Shown here piece by piece: positions 13,300 through 26,477 of a stretch of DNA of 64,000 nucleotides (position 1 is its first letter; every line of letters begins with the position of its first letter). Source of the DNA: Sphyrna mokarran (Eukaryota); assembly GCA_024679065.1 (NCBI GenBank), contig JAGIQG010000013.1, positions 40,362,001 through 40,426,000 of the forward strand. The letters are read 5' to 3'. Below the pieces are notes generated by a model that searched no databases, was not told where the DNA came from, and saw only the letters and a program-made list of their open reading frames with translations. A program made the position numbers and the translations under genes.

Positions 13300-15100
13300 T
13301 AGGTTTAACTCTGCACCCCATTCAGGCGAGACGTGCGTATACGACAGCAATTTTGCATTTCACGGCAGGATCTGTTGTGCTTTTGTTTTCCAACCATGGC
13401 CGTGTCTCTGGCGAAGTGGTGACCTGAATATTGTCTTTCGATCGTCGCGGTGTTAGAAACTCCAGTGGAAGTTCCCCCCTGAGTCTGAGCCTACTACTAG
13501 GAAATAAACTATTGTAACTAACTCAACTTCATTCACTGGTTGATTATATGGCCGAATCTATTCGATTTCCACGTTGTAACTTACCACCAGAAGGAGGAGT
13601 CGTGTACCATCTGCCCACGCGTAAGAGAGACAGAGAAGGGGAGAAACGAAACCTTCCTAGGTTTAATATTGGCTATGGGTGGCGATGTCACGTAGGATAA
13701 TTCCAGTGAATAACAACTGTGCATTTTCAGATGAATGAAACTGCCTTCCCCACTGAAATCCCTCGCCTTGCTATTGTATTAAGAGGTCACCCAGTTAAAG
13801 CCTGTTCCTGTTGAAATGAAATGATTGCTGGCGCCGCTGTTTTCTGGGGCAACCGTCTTCGTGGCTTCAGTGGTTCACTTAGAGTTCAACCCGCCGTTAA
13901 AGTTTACTTTTTTTAAAACTCGACCGAAATGCGGTTTAAAAGCTGCTGCCGATTTCGCCATTCGAATAGTCAGTCACCTTTGATCTCTCCCAGTTGCAAC
14001 TGATCAGCGAGCTGGGTCTTCATTAGTGTGAATCACTTTCAAACCATGCCACAGGTTTCAGATCGGGTGCAATTTCACTTGTTTGGCTGACGTTTTTAAT
14101 ATCGATTTACTGGCTGCCGAGGGTCAGGAACGCGCTGCAGTGTTTTTAAACAGATAAACACGAGGCGGATTTCACACTGAACATTGAGAGGACTTGGCTT
14201 GAAAGGTGGAGGGTCTTTTTATATCTTATCTGGTGCGAGGAGACAAACCCCCATAAAATTATTTGATGCGAATTTCTGGCGCTTTTTGTTTAATGCCGTA
14301 AGAATGTGCACAATGGGGTCGTTGTTGATATAAACAGGATTTTTTTCTGTGTGTGCGCAGCGGTGGGTTATCTGTGAGTTTACTTTGTTTAGTTATGTAT
14401 TTCCCGCAGGTAATGTCCCCCACTCCCCTCTTCCCGGTAAGAAACCTGATTATCAGTGTTTCAACTCGGCTCCAATGCTTTATTGTTCGTCCTGGTTAAT
14501 CTCTTAGCTCTGTCTACCTCCCCCTTCCTCGGGGTTTTTGCTGCTGATTTCCTTTTCTCTTCTCTCCCGGTGTTTCCCTGCCCCCCCCCCCCCCCCCCCA
14601 ATTTACTCTCTCGCCTTTGTCTTCCTTCTCTGTCCGCCCTTGCCGCCTTCCCCGACTGTTTTACTTCCCTCTCGCCGCCCTCGCCCTCCTCTATCTTTTA
14701 TTCTGCCTCCGCGTTCTTTATATCTCTTATCTCGATGTCTGTTTCTTTTCTCTGTCGCTTTCGGTGTGTCTAATTTTGCCTCCCGTGTCTCTGGAGGTTG
14801 GTGCGCTACTGGCGAAAGGCAGCGCTTTTTTTTTCATCTGCAAGACGTGGAGTCGCCTCAGTCAAATGCCCCGGGGGAGCGGCACGATCTCAGTTAATCC
14901 TAACGAGCTTGTACCCCCTGGAGATCAGCGCGATAACCCTCATCACGTGGGGATGGGCTGCATACTTCCCTGAACCACACACACAAAACGCCTCGGCAAA
15001 AACTCGCAAGGCGTCAGAGGGAGTTCACACATCATCTTCACAATAATGGTCAGAATTTCCGGCAAATGGGATGAGTTTTCATGTGTGAGCGTGTAGTCTG
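13300..15100 (+). promoter_or_regulatory. Second CpG-rich, pyrimidine-rich regulatory region (candidate alternative promoter or 5'UTR exon)
   Basis: CpG-dense, with a CT-rich tract at about 14490-14790, a C19 run at 14581-14599 and a cluster of splice signals at 14341-14442. Confidence 0.45.
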
Positions 15101-15552
15101 ACTGTGAAACTCTGCACGTTGGTGGATTTCACAACGATCTGACTGTAGATATTGCACATTTTTAAAAATCTACATGTAATTTCCAGAGCATTCTAGAGAG
15201 GTTCAACGTGCTCTTTTCAGCGCATTCACAAGATCCCAGCCTTCAAAAGAAAGACAAAACGAGAGAATGTTTTTTTTCGTGACAAAAAGGCCTGGATTGA
15301 AAACCAGCAGCTTACCCTGGTCCAACGCAGGCATCTTCACATTTTGAAAACCAGCACTATCTCTTGGCTGATCTTCAGAATTCTGCTTCTGACACCCGAG
15401 TTATGTGCTTAATTTGTGAGAAAGTTATCAAAATATTTACCAAAGACATCAAACGATTAATCGGAAACTTGCCACAAGATGAACAACACACTGCCGTCTT
15501 TTAACCTTTTTGTGGGTCGTTGTAAAGCCTTTGCTTACAGCTTCTCAAACTG

Positions 15553-15857
15553 GGGCGGCACAGTTGTTACCACTGCTGCCTCACAGCACCAGGAACCTGA
15601 GTTCGATTCCCGACTTAGATCGTTGTCTGTGTGAAGTTTGCACATTCTCCCTCCTCCCTGTTTCTGTGTGGATTTCCCACGAGCTCCGGTTTCCTCCCAG
15701 CCCAGAGATGTGCAGGTTACATTGGCCATGCTAAGTTGCCTTTTAGTGTGGGGAATTAATAGGGTAAATGCATGAGGTTATGGGTTTAGGGCCTAGGAGG
15801 ATCAGTACAGACTCAATGGGCTGAATGGCCTCCTTCTGCACGGTAGGATTCTATGAT
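15553..15857 (+). mobile_element. HE1-like SINE
   Basis: cactgctgcctcacagcaccagg...gttcgattccc...gtttgcacattctccc...ggccatgctaagttgcc...aatggcctccttctgcac...attctatga. Confidence 0.85.
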
Positions 15858-18069
15858 ATTGTTTTGTTAAAACTGTGGCATTTCATGTTCTATTTGTTGC
15901 CTTCAGGAACATTAAATGCTGTAATCATTTAGCATAGCTCTCTTAGGGTGATCCACACATCCAATTTTTCAGGGTCATTCTCCAGATGAGGTTCAATGTC
16001 CCTGGAGGAGTCCCTAGTTTAAAAAAACGCATCCCAAAATTCCTAGTTTTTAATCTTGCACTGAAATCTGTCTGATATATAAGTGAGGTACTACAGTAGA
16101 GTAAATCATCTTGGATAAAAGTATCTCCTAATTAGCTAATGAGAAATATCCAGAGCATTTGGAATAATATTACTGTTAGATATAACTCCTGATACAGTGC
16201 CACTATAAGTTGTCACTATTACAATGCTGACTGAATGGCATTTGACAAAGAATACACGCAATTTGCAATTCCGTGTAAGGTGAAAAAAATATTGTCAAAA
16301 AAGCATAATTGTTTTAGCTTCCAGCTTCAAAATAATTTTCCACATTTACACCACATCTACACCATTCGGACTGCACCGGTTCAAGAAGATGGCTCACCAT
16401 CACTTTCTCAAACAGTTATAAATGGGCAATAAATGCTGGCTTAGCTAACCATGTTCACATGCTATGAAAGAATAAAAAAAATTACAGCCAATTGGAAAGA
16501 AACACCTATTATGTTCAATACACTGCTCTGAATTTTCCATTTCAAAAAGAGGCATGGCATCTGTGAAAGAACATGAAGGCACCACTAAATGTAAGACAGC
16601 TCTCACATTATCTTTTAGTTCTAATTCTGTTTGTAATTTATTTTGTTTCACAAATTTGAACCTAAACAAATAAGGGCATAGTGAGTGCAAAAAAACTGAC
16701 CTTCCTGAAGAATGTTGTTTTATTATTTCTAAATGAAGTTTGAATACAGTTCAGTAGTTCATTTTCACATTCAAGGTATTGTCTATATTTGTAATTGTTA
16801 AACCATGGGTGGCTATAAAGAATCGCCTTGATACACTGCAAAAACTACATTTTCCATCCTGACCACTTTGCTATGCTCCCACCCTGTGTGTCTCTGGATT
16901 TGATGTAGAAAACATAGTCATAGTATCTCATAAGTGTAACTTGCAAAGGTGTAGACATGAAAATTAAAATGTTCACACTTTCAATTGCTCCACCTGCACA
17001 GTGCAGATACTTAAGGCAGATCTGAAAATGTGCTTCCTTTGAAAATGTTTTAAACTTCTGCAATGAATGATCCATTTTAAACAGTTCTTAAATGTTTACA
17101 AGTACTCCATGCTTTAAATCTGAAAACAATTATAGGAAAGATGTAACAATTTGTTATATTCTTCAACATACAATCAGGGTAGCACAAAAGTTACTTTAAC
17201 AGCAACTGTACTTCCCTCTCAAGGGCATTGCCTTCATTCTTTTCCCTAGTTCACAGAGGCAAACTTCATCTACACCCTTTGCCCCCACTTTATGCCCCAT
17301 CAAATTTAATGGTACCTCCTTGATGTGTTCATCATTGCCAGTCCTGGCAGCAATGCCTGTCTGACTCTGCTTCAGTTCAGGATTAGGTATTTTCCTGCCG
17401 GCAGGAATTCCTGATTAATCATGATCAGGAATTCCCATTTGCAGCGGAGACTAGGTTCCCAGAACAAAGCAATAGATTGGATATGAGCAGCAGCTGGGAC
17501 CAGTGTGCTTTTATGCCGAGCAAAAGCTGACCATCAGTTTCAAAAAGGTTTACTTGAGCTTTAGAAAGCTCCAAATTTATATTATGAAGTGCAGTTAAAT
17601 TGAATAGGTGTGGACATAACTTAAATCATAACTTAAGTTGCAGCTCTGTACCATTCCAACACTTGACATGTCAAAAATCCCTCATTATTTGCTGGAGAGT
17701 AATTCTGAATTACAGTGACTATGTATTCATGCTTGTCATTTCTCAACTTAATGTTTTCAACTGCCTTGCATGCTTGGTACTGTCACACATATTATTTACC
17801 TTTTACCCCCGGGTTTGCAGAGACATGTCTTCTCTCCCTCATTTGTGTTTCTCTGCTGTAGTTCATACTGACATTTCCTCTCTTCACATCTCCCACCACC
17901 ACCCCTTCAGTTGAGGCTAAGATTTTTTTAACCCCCCCACCCCCAGCACTTTAATAATCCTCTCCGTTCCACTTATTTACCTCCTGAATTTCATTGGCAC
18001 ACTTCTCTTCAGCAGCATTTCTGGCTGCAGTTGACTGTTGCTGTGGGCGACTGGAACATTGCTGTGAGA

Positions 18070-19000
18070 CTGGAAAATAGCCAAATATAAAGGAGTCAGG
18101 TTGGAGGTAAACAAGAGGAAAGTATTTACAGAGATGGAACAGCAGTGGGCAATATTTAAGAGATTGATGGAGAGTTCAATAAAAATAAATTCAAATTTAT
18201 GAAAAATAAGTCATGAATAAGACTTCGTTGTTAGCTACAGCTAAGGATAAAGGGAAAGGCATAAAGTGACTGACTTACAAAAGCAAGTATGATGAACATC
18301 GGGCAGGGATTTTAAAAAATTAGGAATGCCAAGAGAGAATTATCAAAACTTTCAGCACAGAAATGGACCATTCTACCTGTTGTGCTATTCTGATTCTTCC
18401 AAAGGCCAATCAAGCTTAGTCAAGCATTCCTGTTTTTTTTGGTCCATAACTCTGTAAATTGCTTACCCTCAAGTATCAGTCCAACTCCCTTTTAAAATTA
18501 CTTATGGACACAGCTTCTAACATTACTTTTCAAATAATGTTCCAAATCCCAGATTTTGAGTCAAAGCATTTCTCTTCATCTTAATTCTAGAATTTTGCTG
18601 ATGATTTTGAATCCAGGACCTCTAGATATTAACCCACTCACTGGTGTGAATTAATGGTTTACCCCTATCTATTCTATCAAAATTTCTCATCATTTTGAAA
18701 ATCTCAGTTAGGTTGCTTCCAAGGAGAACAGTCCTAATCTTTTACAAGCTTTCCTCATAACTGAAGTTCCTCATCTCTGCAAAAATCCTGGTAATCTTCC
18801 TCCATATCCCCTTGGCTTTTGCATCTTTCTTCAAATGGGTGACCAGAATTATCCATAATACGCTGAGGCGTAAATAAAAATTTATAAAAGTTAACTTGAT
18901 TTATTTACATTAACAGTTCTTGTATTTTTAAACCAGAGTAACTCTGTCATCTTTCTAATCACTTTACCATGTCACCTTATTAAGATTTTAGTATGTGTAC
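18070..19000. mobile_element. Decayed CR1 fragments in both orientations
   Basis: CR1-like wording, e.g. tccaaggagaacagtcc...ctcataactgaagttcctcatc...aaatcctggtaatc on the minus strand. Confidence 0.5.
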
Positions 19001-19453
19001 ACCAAGGTCTTTTTCCCAAACCTTTTCAACATGATGCAATTTTGGTATAATTCATCATCTATTAGTCCTCCCAAAGAATTATTGTTTCACACTTCTTTTC
19101 TGCATCAAACTTTTCCGTCATGCTTCTGCCTATCACACCATTCTGAAGGCAATAACTATACTCATTATTACTATTTTGCCAAGTTTCATATCATTTGAAA
19201 TATGAAACAACAATATCAAAGAATATAAAAGTAAATTAATGAAGCATTTTATAGATGTACATGTAGCAAGTGGAGACTTAAGATGGCGATGGGGTTACAG
19301 AAAGATGAGCATGATAATCTCATGGGAGGTAAAATTGAACATAGCCTGAGACAAAAGGGAAATGAGCATTGTAGAGGTTGTCAAAAGGAATATTACAATC
19401 AGTAAGATAGAAAGAATGGAGAAAGTAATCAACCTGAAGGACAACATAAAGTT

Positions 19454-19454
<1 letters not shown>

Positions 19455-19532
<78 letters not shown>
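19455..19532. repeat. (CA)39 microsatellite
   Basis: Perfect CA run read directly from the sequence. Confidence 0.97.
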
Positions 19533-19533
<1 letters not shown>

Positions 19534-19669
19534 TCAAAGGGACAAGACATGGAGAAATTTTCATGGAGAAACTTGTGATAAGAGTCCAGAACAAGTGGCA
19601 TAAATGTAGCTAGCAATGGAGACAGGCAATGAATGCTGGCCTTGCCAGTGAAGTTCCAGAAAAAAAGAA

Positions 19670-19905
19670 CAAATGAAATCAAAGAATTGGGGCAGAGTTC
19701 TATTACAAAGAAAGTGGTAAGAACATGGACTTCTCTGCCACATGATATAATTGAAGCAGAAATTTTTATGTATTAATGAAGAGGCTTGATACATACATGA
19801 GGAAGAAGGGATTAGCACTTTTTGAGGCAGGGAGGGACAAGATCATTAGGGAAGCTCATGTGGAGCATGAACACAAAACAATTTGGGCCAAATGGCTCTG
19901 TCAAG
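19670..19905 (+). mobile_element. CR1 LINE 3' end
   Basis: aagtggtaagaacatggact...gatacatacatgaggaagaaggg...gctcatgtggagcatgaacac...ttgggccaaatggc. Confidence 0.55.
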
Positions 19906-22366
19906 TCACCATAATCTGAAATTAATAATAAAGTACTCCACCACATTCCATCACTAACCTATTGCTTGTCTTGTCCTTCATAACTGCACATAAACTGTGT
20001 ACTATGCAAATCTGTCTGTTATTTATTGATATAATTTTTACTGATACCCAACTTTAAACAAAATAAAAATATTTCATCAGAAAGCTGCAAAGCCTCCTTT
20101 AATTTTGCATGGAACTTTTGTTTTGCATGGAGCAATTTGGATGAAATCATATAATATGCCACTGCATAAACTTGAAATACAGAGCACGCAAGCTTTTGGT
20201 CCATTGATATTGCATACAAGTGCACCAAATGGAAGCAGCTTCACAAATGTTAATTTCCTGTGTGTGGACTCCTTTTTTTATAAGACAGGGTGCTCGCTTT
20301 GAAGCATAAGGACTTGTGCTAGCTTGCATAGCTTAGCAGGTCACAATTCTGGTTGCTCACTTACCAAGACTGCATTGCATATTGTGATCAAGCTGATAAC
20401 TTGGCACGATCATGGCCAGAAAAATGGCAGCAATGTATGTTTTGCTTATAGTTGCATTTCCCCCTATTGAATGAACTAACACCGTTTCATTTGTCTTTTC
20501 ATTTGCTGTTGAAAGATGAAAGAAGCTGAATTTCTGTTCACCAAGTATTTAAGTGATTGAACTTAAAATCAGTCTTTGCATATAATTAGCTGTAACAATA
20601 ATTAATTCTTCACTCCAAATTTCCTTTTGATTTTTCTCCTCTTCCCTATTTGTACTGTAGATGTGACTTGTTGGGATGTATAGCCCAGTTCCAAAATCTT
20701 ACTTGGCTGTTCTTTGGACATGAGCGCTGATCTTCGGTGCAGAATTTTGCAGGCCTCTCCTGGGCAGTGTATTCTCTGCCTGTCCACAATTATATGGAGG
20801 CAGGACAGAGTGAAACTGAGATGGTCTGCCCTCATCCTAGTTGAGCCGCTAAGTGGTTGACTAATGGCCTGCTTTCCACCTTGGCCTCAATTTTGAATGT
20901 GGCAGGAGGGATTTAATATGAGGTAATGCCAGACAGGATGTCCTACTGGGCCTTGATGATGTGGGGTGGGGAGAGATCTCTTAGTTACTGACAACTCTCC
21001 CCCCCCCAACTTGATTTCTTTTGAGACCAAGTACTTCTTCCAATGTCTGGGATTCCTGGAGGCTCCAATCAGATTTGCCAGTAGCGTGCTCAAATGGAAT
21101 TTCTGCTCTTGTCTGAAGTCTTGCATTTTGCCTCCTCCTCAGGCTGTGAAGCAGTTTGCACTGGTATGAATAGATTTCTTGTCAACTACTTCGGTGTTAG
21201 GGCAAGAAATACCACCATTGGAAAAATTCTGCTCTGTGCATTGGAAAATTAGTTGATCAAAGCTGAGCTAACCATTTCATGTGTATGCTTTGCAGCAACA
21301 CGTCTTTAGAGGTTGACCAGTGTGGGAGTCTGACTGTTTCTCTTCACTCCCTGTATTTCTGAAGCTAGTTCTTTTGCTGTATTGTCATGTTAACTAAGAT
21401 GCAATAATTCACCTTCTCTTCTGTGTGCCAAATAATATAGCACGTGATGCAATAACCTACCAAGAGTAAGTTTGACTTTTGCTTAATAACATAAAATGGG
21501 TGATATCAATACATCTACTCTAATAATCACTTCCATTGACATGCATAATGCATGGCAGAATCAATATTGTTGTTGTTACACCAGCACCTGAAGAATTATG
21601 CCCTAATGGGGGCTAAATTAACAACTGAATGTTCAGCATCATGGTCTCACCTGATGCCATAAAAACTAGAGTTCAGCATGCATAAGTAATCATGGAATAG
21701 AATCTGAAATGAATGTGACTTCCTTGTTCTTGCTTCTCAATATTCTGAATTGGTTCTATTCAAGAATTTTAGAACTTTTACACTGAGATTTCCAGCCTCT
21801 GCTGCACTATATAGCTCTAAAAATACTTCTAACATCTATTTTTCTTTCATTTGCTGTATATAGATTTTTTATCTTGTGTATTTTTTCATCCGACTCATTT
21901 TGTAAACTGTTTACAATCTACTTTGTAAACTACTGTCCTATAAATCTGCCACATACCACTGAAATCTTTCTCAGCTTCAAATCTTTTGGCAGTGCCTTTG
22001 TTAAATCATTATGACACTGTCTGTCAGGCTAACTTCTCCTTTGAGTTTCTCTTTAGCCTATTCTGAAGATGTGCATTGATTCTATTAAATGCCCCCTTTG
22101 ATGATCTTTAAGGGTAGAATTTTAAGAATGATGAGCAATTGGCTGCTGACTCTCAAACGCCCACAGCCATTTAACGCTCAATTGAGTGTTGATTGGCAGT
22201 GGGTGGACTTCCGTCTGCCTTTGGCCAATCAGATTGGCCAACAGCTGTTCAACCAGCCAAGCACAGCACATCAGTGGCCAGATGTGGTATTGCAGTGCTC
22301 TGCCAAGGACTTAACTTTTCAGGACCTTTTGGAAAGGTAGGTCCCGGGGGCAGGAAGGTAGATTTT

Positions 22367-22518
22367 GGTGGGGGGGTGTGGTGGGGTGGGTGTGGTTGGG
22401 GGTGTGGTGGGTGGGGTTGGGGGGGAGGTGAGTGGATGGGGGGGTGGGGGTGAGGTAATTGGATGGGTGGGGGGGTGGGGGGAGGTGTGGGGGGTGGGGA
22501 GGGAGTTGGTGGGGAGGA
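22367..22518 (+). repeat. G-rich low-complexity tract (GGGT/GGGGT-like) with G-quadruplex potential
   Basis: About 150 nt with many G runs of 3 or more separated by short T/A-containing linkers. Source of the Gly-rich and Pro-rich spurious ORFs. Confidence 0.9.
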
Positions 22519-22888
22519 CACACCTCCTTCTGCCTGTGATGGGGAAAAGAGCAGATGTCACTTTTCCATCCTACTTGTACCTATTCTCACCAGCCTAAAA
22601 ATTGAGGCTGGACTACTTCAGCACCTTAATAGGTGAAATGGGCAGGTTCATTGCCTGAGACCGTGCCCATTCAAGTGTGAGATTGTGCTTGGATTTGTGT
22701 GGCGGGGGTGGCTTCCTAGGAGAAATTCAATTTTATGCACCCCACCTCTGATCCCACCTCGGGGAGGAAGCTGGTGGGAGAGTAACACTCTGTTCTAAAT
22801 TTAACTTTTCAATATATATCATGATATGTTCAACTGAATATTGACATTGTAAATAACTGTTATTGATATGCTCAGTAAATACTTAATA

Positions 22889-23787
22889 TGTTATGATCTT
22901 TGGTCAGATTACTGGGGGTAGATCCATTAAGAGACTTTTGCTTCAAAGGAGGTAAAGGCTGAGATTCAAGACACCTGAGTTTGGAATAAAGCAACAAGAT
23001 TCCAGTGGTTTTGAACAAAACTAAAACTTTACTATACAATATCCTAAAGATAAAGCAATTTAAAATACGTTTTATACTCCAACATTCAGGACAAGTGCGA
23101 AGTACATGTGAATTATCAGATGAACTGTGGTTGAACAAACCACATTGCAGAGTAAATAACATGCAACTAAGACAGAGTCCAGGGATTTTTCAAGAACTCA
23201 CCAGACATCAGTAAACACCAAATCAAACAATCTCAATGAAACTTCTCTTTCTCTCAAATTTTTTCAATCTCCATCTTTTGAAGATCCTGCTGAAGAATTC
23301 TCTCTAAATGTCTCCCCCATTCAGATGGCTTGAAAAATGGTCCACCTTACAGAGTTTCAACTCCAAGATTCCCCCCCCGCCTGGATTTCTGAGTACACGC
23401 AAACACTATTTGACATTCACACTTTCAAATCTATAGCCTTGTCAAGCAAAGTGCCACTGTTCCAAAGCGATGCCTTTGCCTTTGTCCCAATGGCCCTCTT
23501 TATCTAAAGTCTGTTCCCGACAGCTCTTTTTTTAACTTAGCTGAGACCTGTTTGTGTCCCTCTGTCTGTGACTAGTTGACTCCCCTGAAACTGAGTGTCC
23601 TGAAACTGGTTGTTCATTGACTTTTGAACTGATCTGGGGATCTATCAAAACACTTCGAGGTCCCACCCTTGTTACTGGACAGAAGCTAATGGAAAGTGTG
23701 TTAGAACACCTTGTACTTTAAATATTACAATCTCTCAAACTTCTAATTTAGAATCCAGGGACACACAGGTCAATGGACTTCATGACA
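22889..23787. mobile_element. Putative solo LTR (about 900 bp)
   Basis: Termini TGTTATGA and TCATGACA form an imperfect 8-bp inverted repeat with TG..CA ends. Flanks AATA/AATT could be a 4-bp TSD with one mismatch. Confidence 0.45.
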
Positions 23788-24979
23788 AATTGAAAGAAAG
23801 GAACTACGTTATTTTTTTAAAAAAAGCATATTAAAATAATTCAGCAGCAGTGTTGAAGTTTACTGCTGTTGGATAGAAGTGATGTTGTAGTGACCAGCAT
23901 TATCCAAGCTTATTGATAGCTTACTGATCTAACTTTTCCACATATGTGGAAGACATATTGTGTTTTGATAGGCACCAGTGATCCAGTATTACTGCAACCC
24001 TAGAGCCTACACTGTCTTAAATGTTAGATTTTCTTCACAGTAGTGACTAGTGCTGCAATTTACGTAGTTATGATGGAAGATGCTGCTGCCTGCTGTTTTA
24101 CTTGCAAATAGCAGTCCTCAATATTAATCACGCAGCACTGAAGCCGGGTAATGTCCTGTATTTAAATCACTGTATAATTAACAATATCTGCTTGAGGGGA
24201 GCCTAAAAAAGACACATGTTGTTCTAAAATCCCTTCTGCATTGCAGAGTTCCTGTTATGTGTATGTGCAAATATTCTTCAATGATCTTGACCAATAGTCA
24301 GCTGCAAACGTTTTACATAACAGAATCTTGCTTTGTCAATTTGTCAACATTTTCAAATGTGAATGAAACTTATCATATAGCCTAAAAACAAATGGAACTT
24401 GATTGGGATTGTTTTTCCAACATCTTTTTAGGCTGAAATGGATTTTGATATAAAACACCATGGGGCTGATAATCTTTAGTTCCCCAAAGCAGACACAACT
24501 GCAGCAGAAATTAACACCTTGAAGACCAGAGTAAATTTGCTCACCGACTTCATAAGAATGAATGAGACAAGTTGCTGGTGTCAAGATAATAAGAATTATT
24601 TCGTCCCTTTTTGGATGAAAGCTGTAATGAGGTCTGGAAATGAGTGGTCCTGGTGGAGCACAATCTGGGCATCAATGAACACAGTATTGTCAAGTGAGAG
24701 TTCTTCACAGTACTGTCAATAACACCTTTTAGATTACTTTACTGATGATTGGGAATAGACTAATCGGGGTGGCAAACGATTAGATAAAATTTCTCACGCT
24801 TTTACTTATCAGGATAAATCTAGGCAATTTTTGACTTTGCCGGGTAGGTGCCAGTGTTGTAGATGGACTGGAACAGCTTGGTTTGAAGCATGGTTAGCTC
24901 TGAAGCGCAAGTTTTCAGCACCACAGCTGGGATGTTGTTGGCACGTAGTCTTTGCTGAATCGAATAAAAGAGGGTTCAG

Positions 24980-25250
24980 TAGCGTTGTGTTTATATTACT
25001 GGTCTATAGTAACCTAGTGGCCAAGACAAATGATCCAGAGACATGAGTTCAGATTTCATCATAGCAATTAGGAAGCTTAAATCCAGTGTATTAAATAAAT
25101 CTGGAAAAAAAGCTAGCATCAGTAATGATAAATGTGAAATTATGGTTTGTCATTAAAACCCATCTAATTCACTTTAATATTCTTGATGTTTCATAATTGT
25201 TCTCTGAAACTGACTTGCAAGTCTCTTGATTGTATTTAACTCCTACAAAA
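24980..25250 (+). mobile_element. Second SINE family, decayed copy
   Basis: ttactggtctatagtaacc...gacatgagttcagat...aataaatctggaaaaaagctag...aaaacccatct; homologous to 26478-26800. Confidence 0.55.
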
Positions 25251-25289
25251 ATTTCAAATAAGAATATAATCTGATGGACCATTTAGCAA

Positions 25290-25985
25290 TGACTTAGACA
25301 CCAGATAGGATGAAGGCGCACTCTGCCCGGTTGACCTGCAAAGGCCCCTTCATTACCATATGGGACTTGTGCCAAAATTGGGAGTGCTGTCCCATATTTT
25401 AGTCAAGGAACCAACTTAATATAAGATACCCCTTAGATTTCTACATTTCAGTCAATATCCAAGCCTCAATGCCATCCGGAGCATTTCTTGTCTAACCAGG
25501 TATAGGAGGGAGAAACTCTGGCATTCCCCACTTGCCTGAATGTGACCAGCTTCAACAACACTCAGGAAGCACGAAACCTTGTAGGACAAAGCAGCTGGTT
25601 TGAATTACACCCTATCCACCTCAAGAACACAGTGGTAGCAGATGTGCCATCTATAAGATGCATAGCAGCAAATTGGCAAGGCAGCACCTTCCAAACCCAC
25701 AACCTCCCCCACCTAGAAGAACAAGGCTATCAGATGCATGGCAACACCACCATTTGGAAGATTCTTTCCAAGTCTCAATGTCCTGAATTGGAGCCATATC
25801 ACTGTTCCTTCATCATTGTTTGATTAAAGTGCTAGAAGTCCCTACTTAATAGCACTTTAAGTAGGTGTCCGTGTACCTACACCATAAGAACTGTGACAGT
25901 TCAAGAAGGCAGCTTAACTTCTCAAGGCCTGGTAGGGATGGGCAGCAAGTGCTGTGATGTCCATATTCCATGAACAGATAAAAAT
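25290..25985 (+). mobile_element. CR1-like LINE fragments sharing the 3' tail of the second SINE family
   Basis: gacagttcaagaaggcagct...ttctcaagg...gggatgggcagcaagtgctg tail; the same tail occurs at 16368-16480. Confidence 0.6.
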
Positions 25986-26477
25986 TAAATTTCAGCTGTA
26001 TAGTCTTAGAGACTTCAAGCAATATCAAGGCCCAGATAAAAGTCTAGAATGGAGATGGTGGAGTGGGCTGATTTATGGGGAATCAGTTGATTTGTGTAGA
26101 GTCAAGCAGAACACTACCGCTGTATATAACTGGAAAAATTGTTGAGCCTTTCTAGTGATTCCTTTTTAAGGCTACTAGTTATTCTGGAACTGAAAATATC
26201 AGTTGGAGCTGGTAAAGGTACGCATCTGAAATGAGCAATGGAGCCTCATTTCATCATTGAATTGAAACATGCAGTCCTAGCTTCCCTGAATAGGTCTTGA
26301 CCAACTTAGCCGTGGCTCAAAATCCCATTTAGATCAGTTGTGGCCATATGTATTGTTAAACTAATGAATTCTGGCACCGGGCAGGCAATGCAGCCTTTGG
26401 GACGATTGATTCTGACTAGACAGAACAGTGTCTATTCCCTGACTATACAATACCTAACTTTTTTAAAATTAATTAAT

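Noticed and set aside
14456-15046. Overlapping 80-120 aa ORFs in all three + frames
   Set aside because: Stop-poor CT-rich sequence with no homology and no coherent exon phase with the BCOR coding sequence.
17404-17435. 12-bp perfect stem GGAATTCCTGAT/ATCAGGAATTCC with an 8-nt loop
   Set aside because: Too short for a pre-miRNA; probably the internal palindrome of a decayed MITE-like repeat.
19295-19682. ORFs with poly-(CV) or poly-(HT)
   Set aside because: Read-through of the (CA)39 microsatellite.
22193-22598. Pro-rich and Gly-rich ORFs in several frames
   Set aside because: Translation of the G-rich low-complexity tract.
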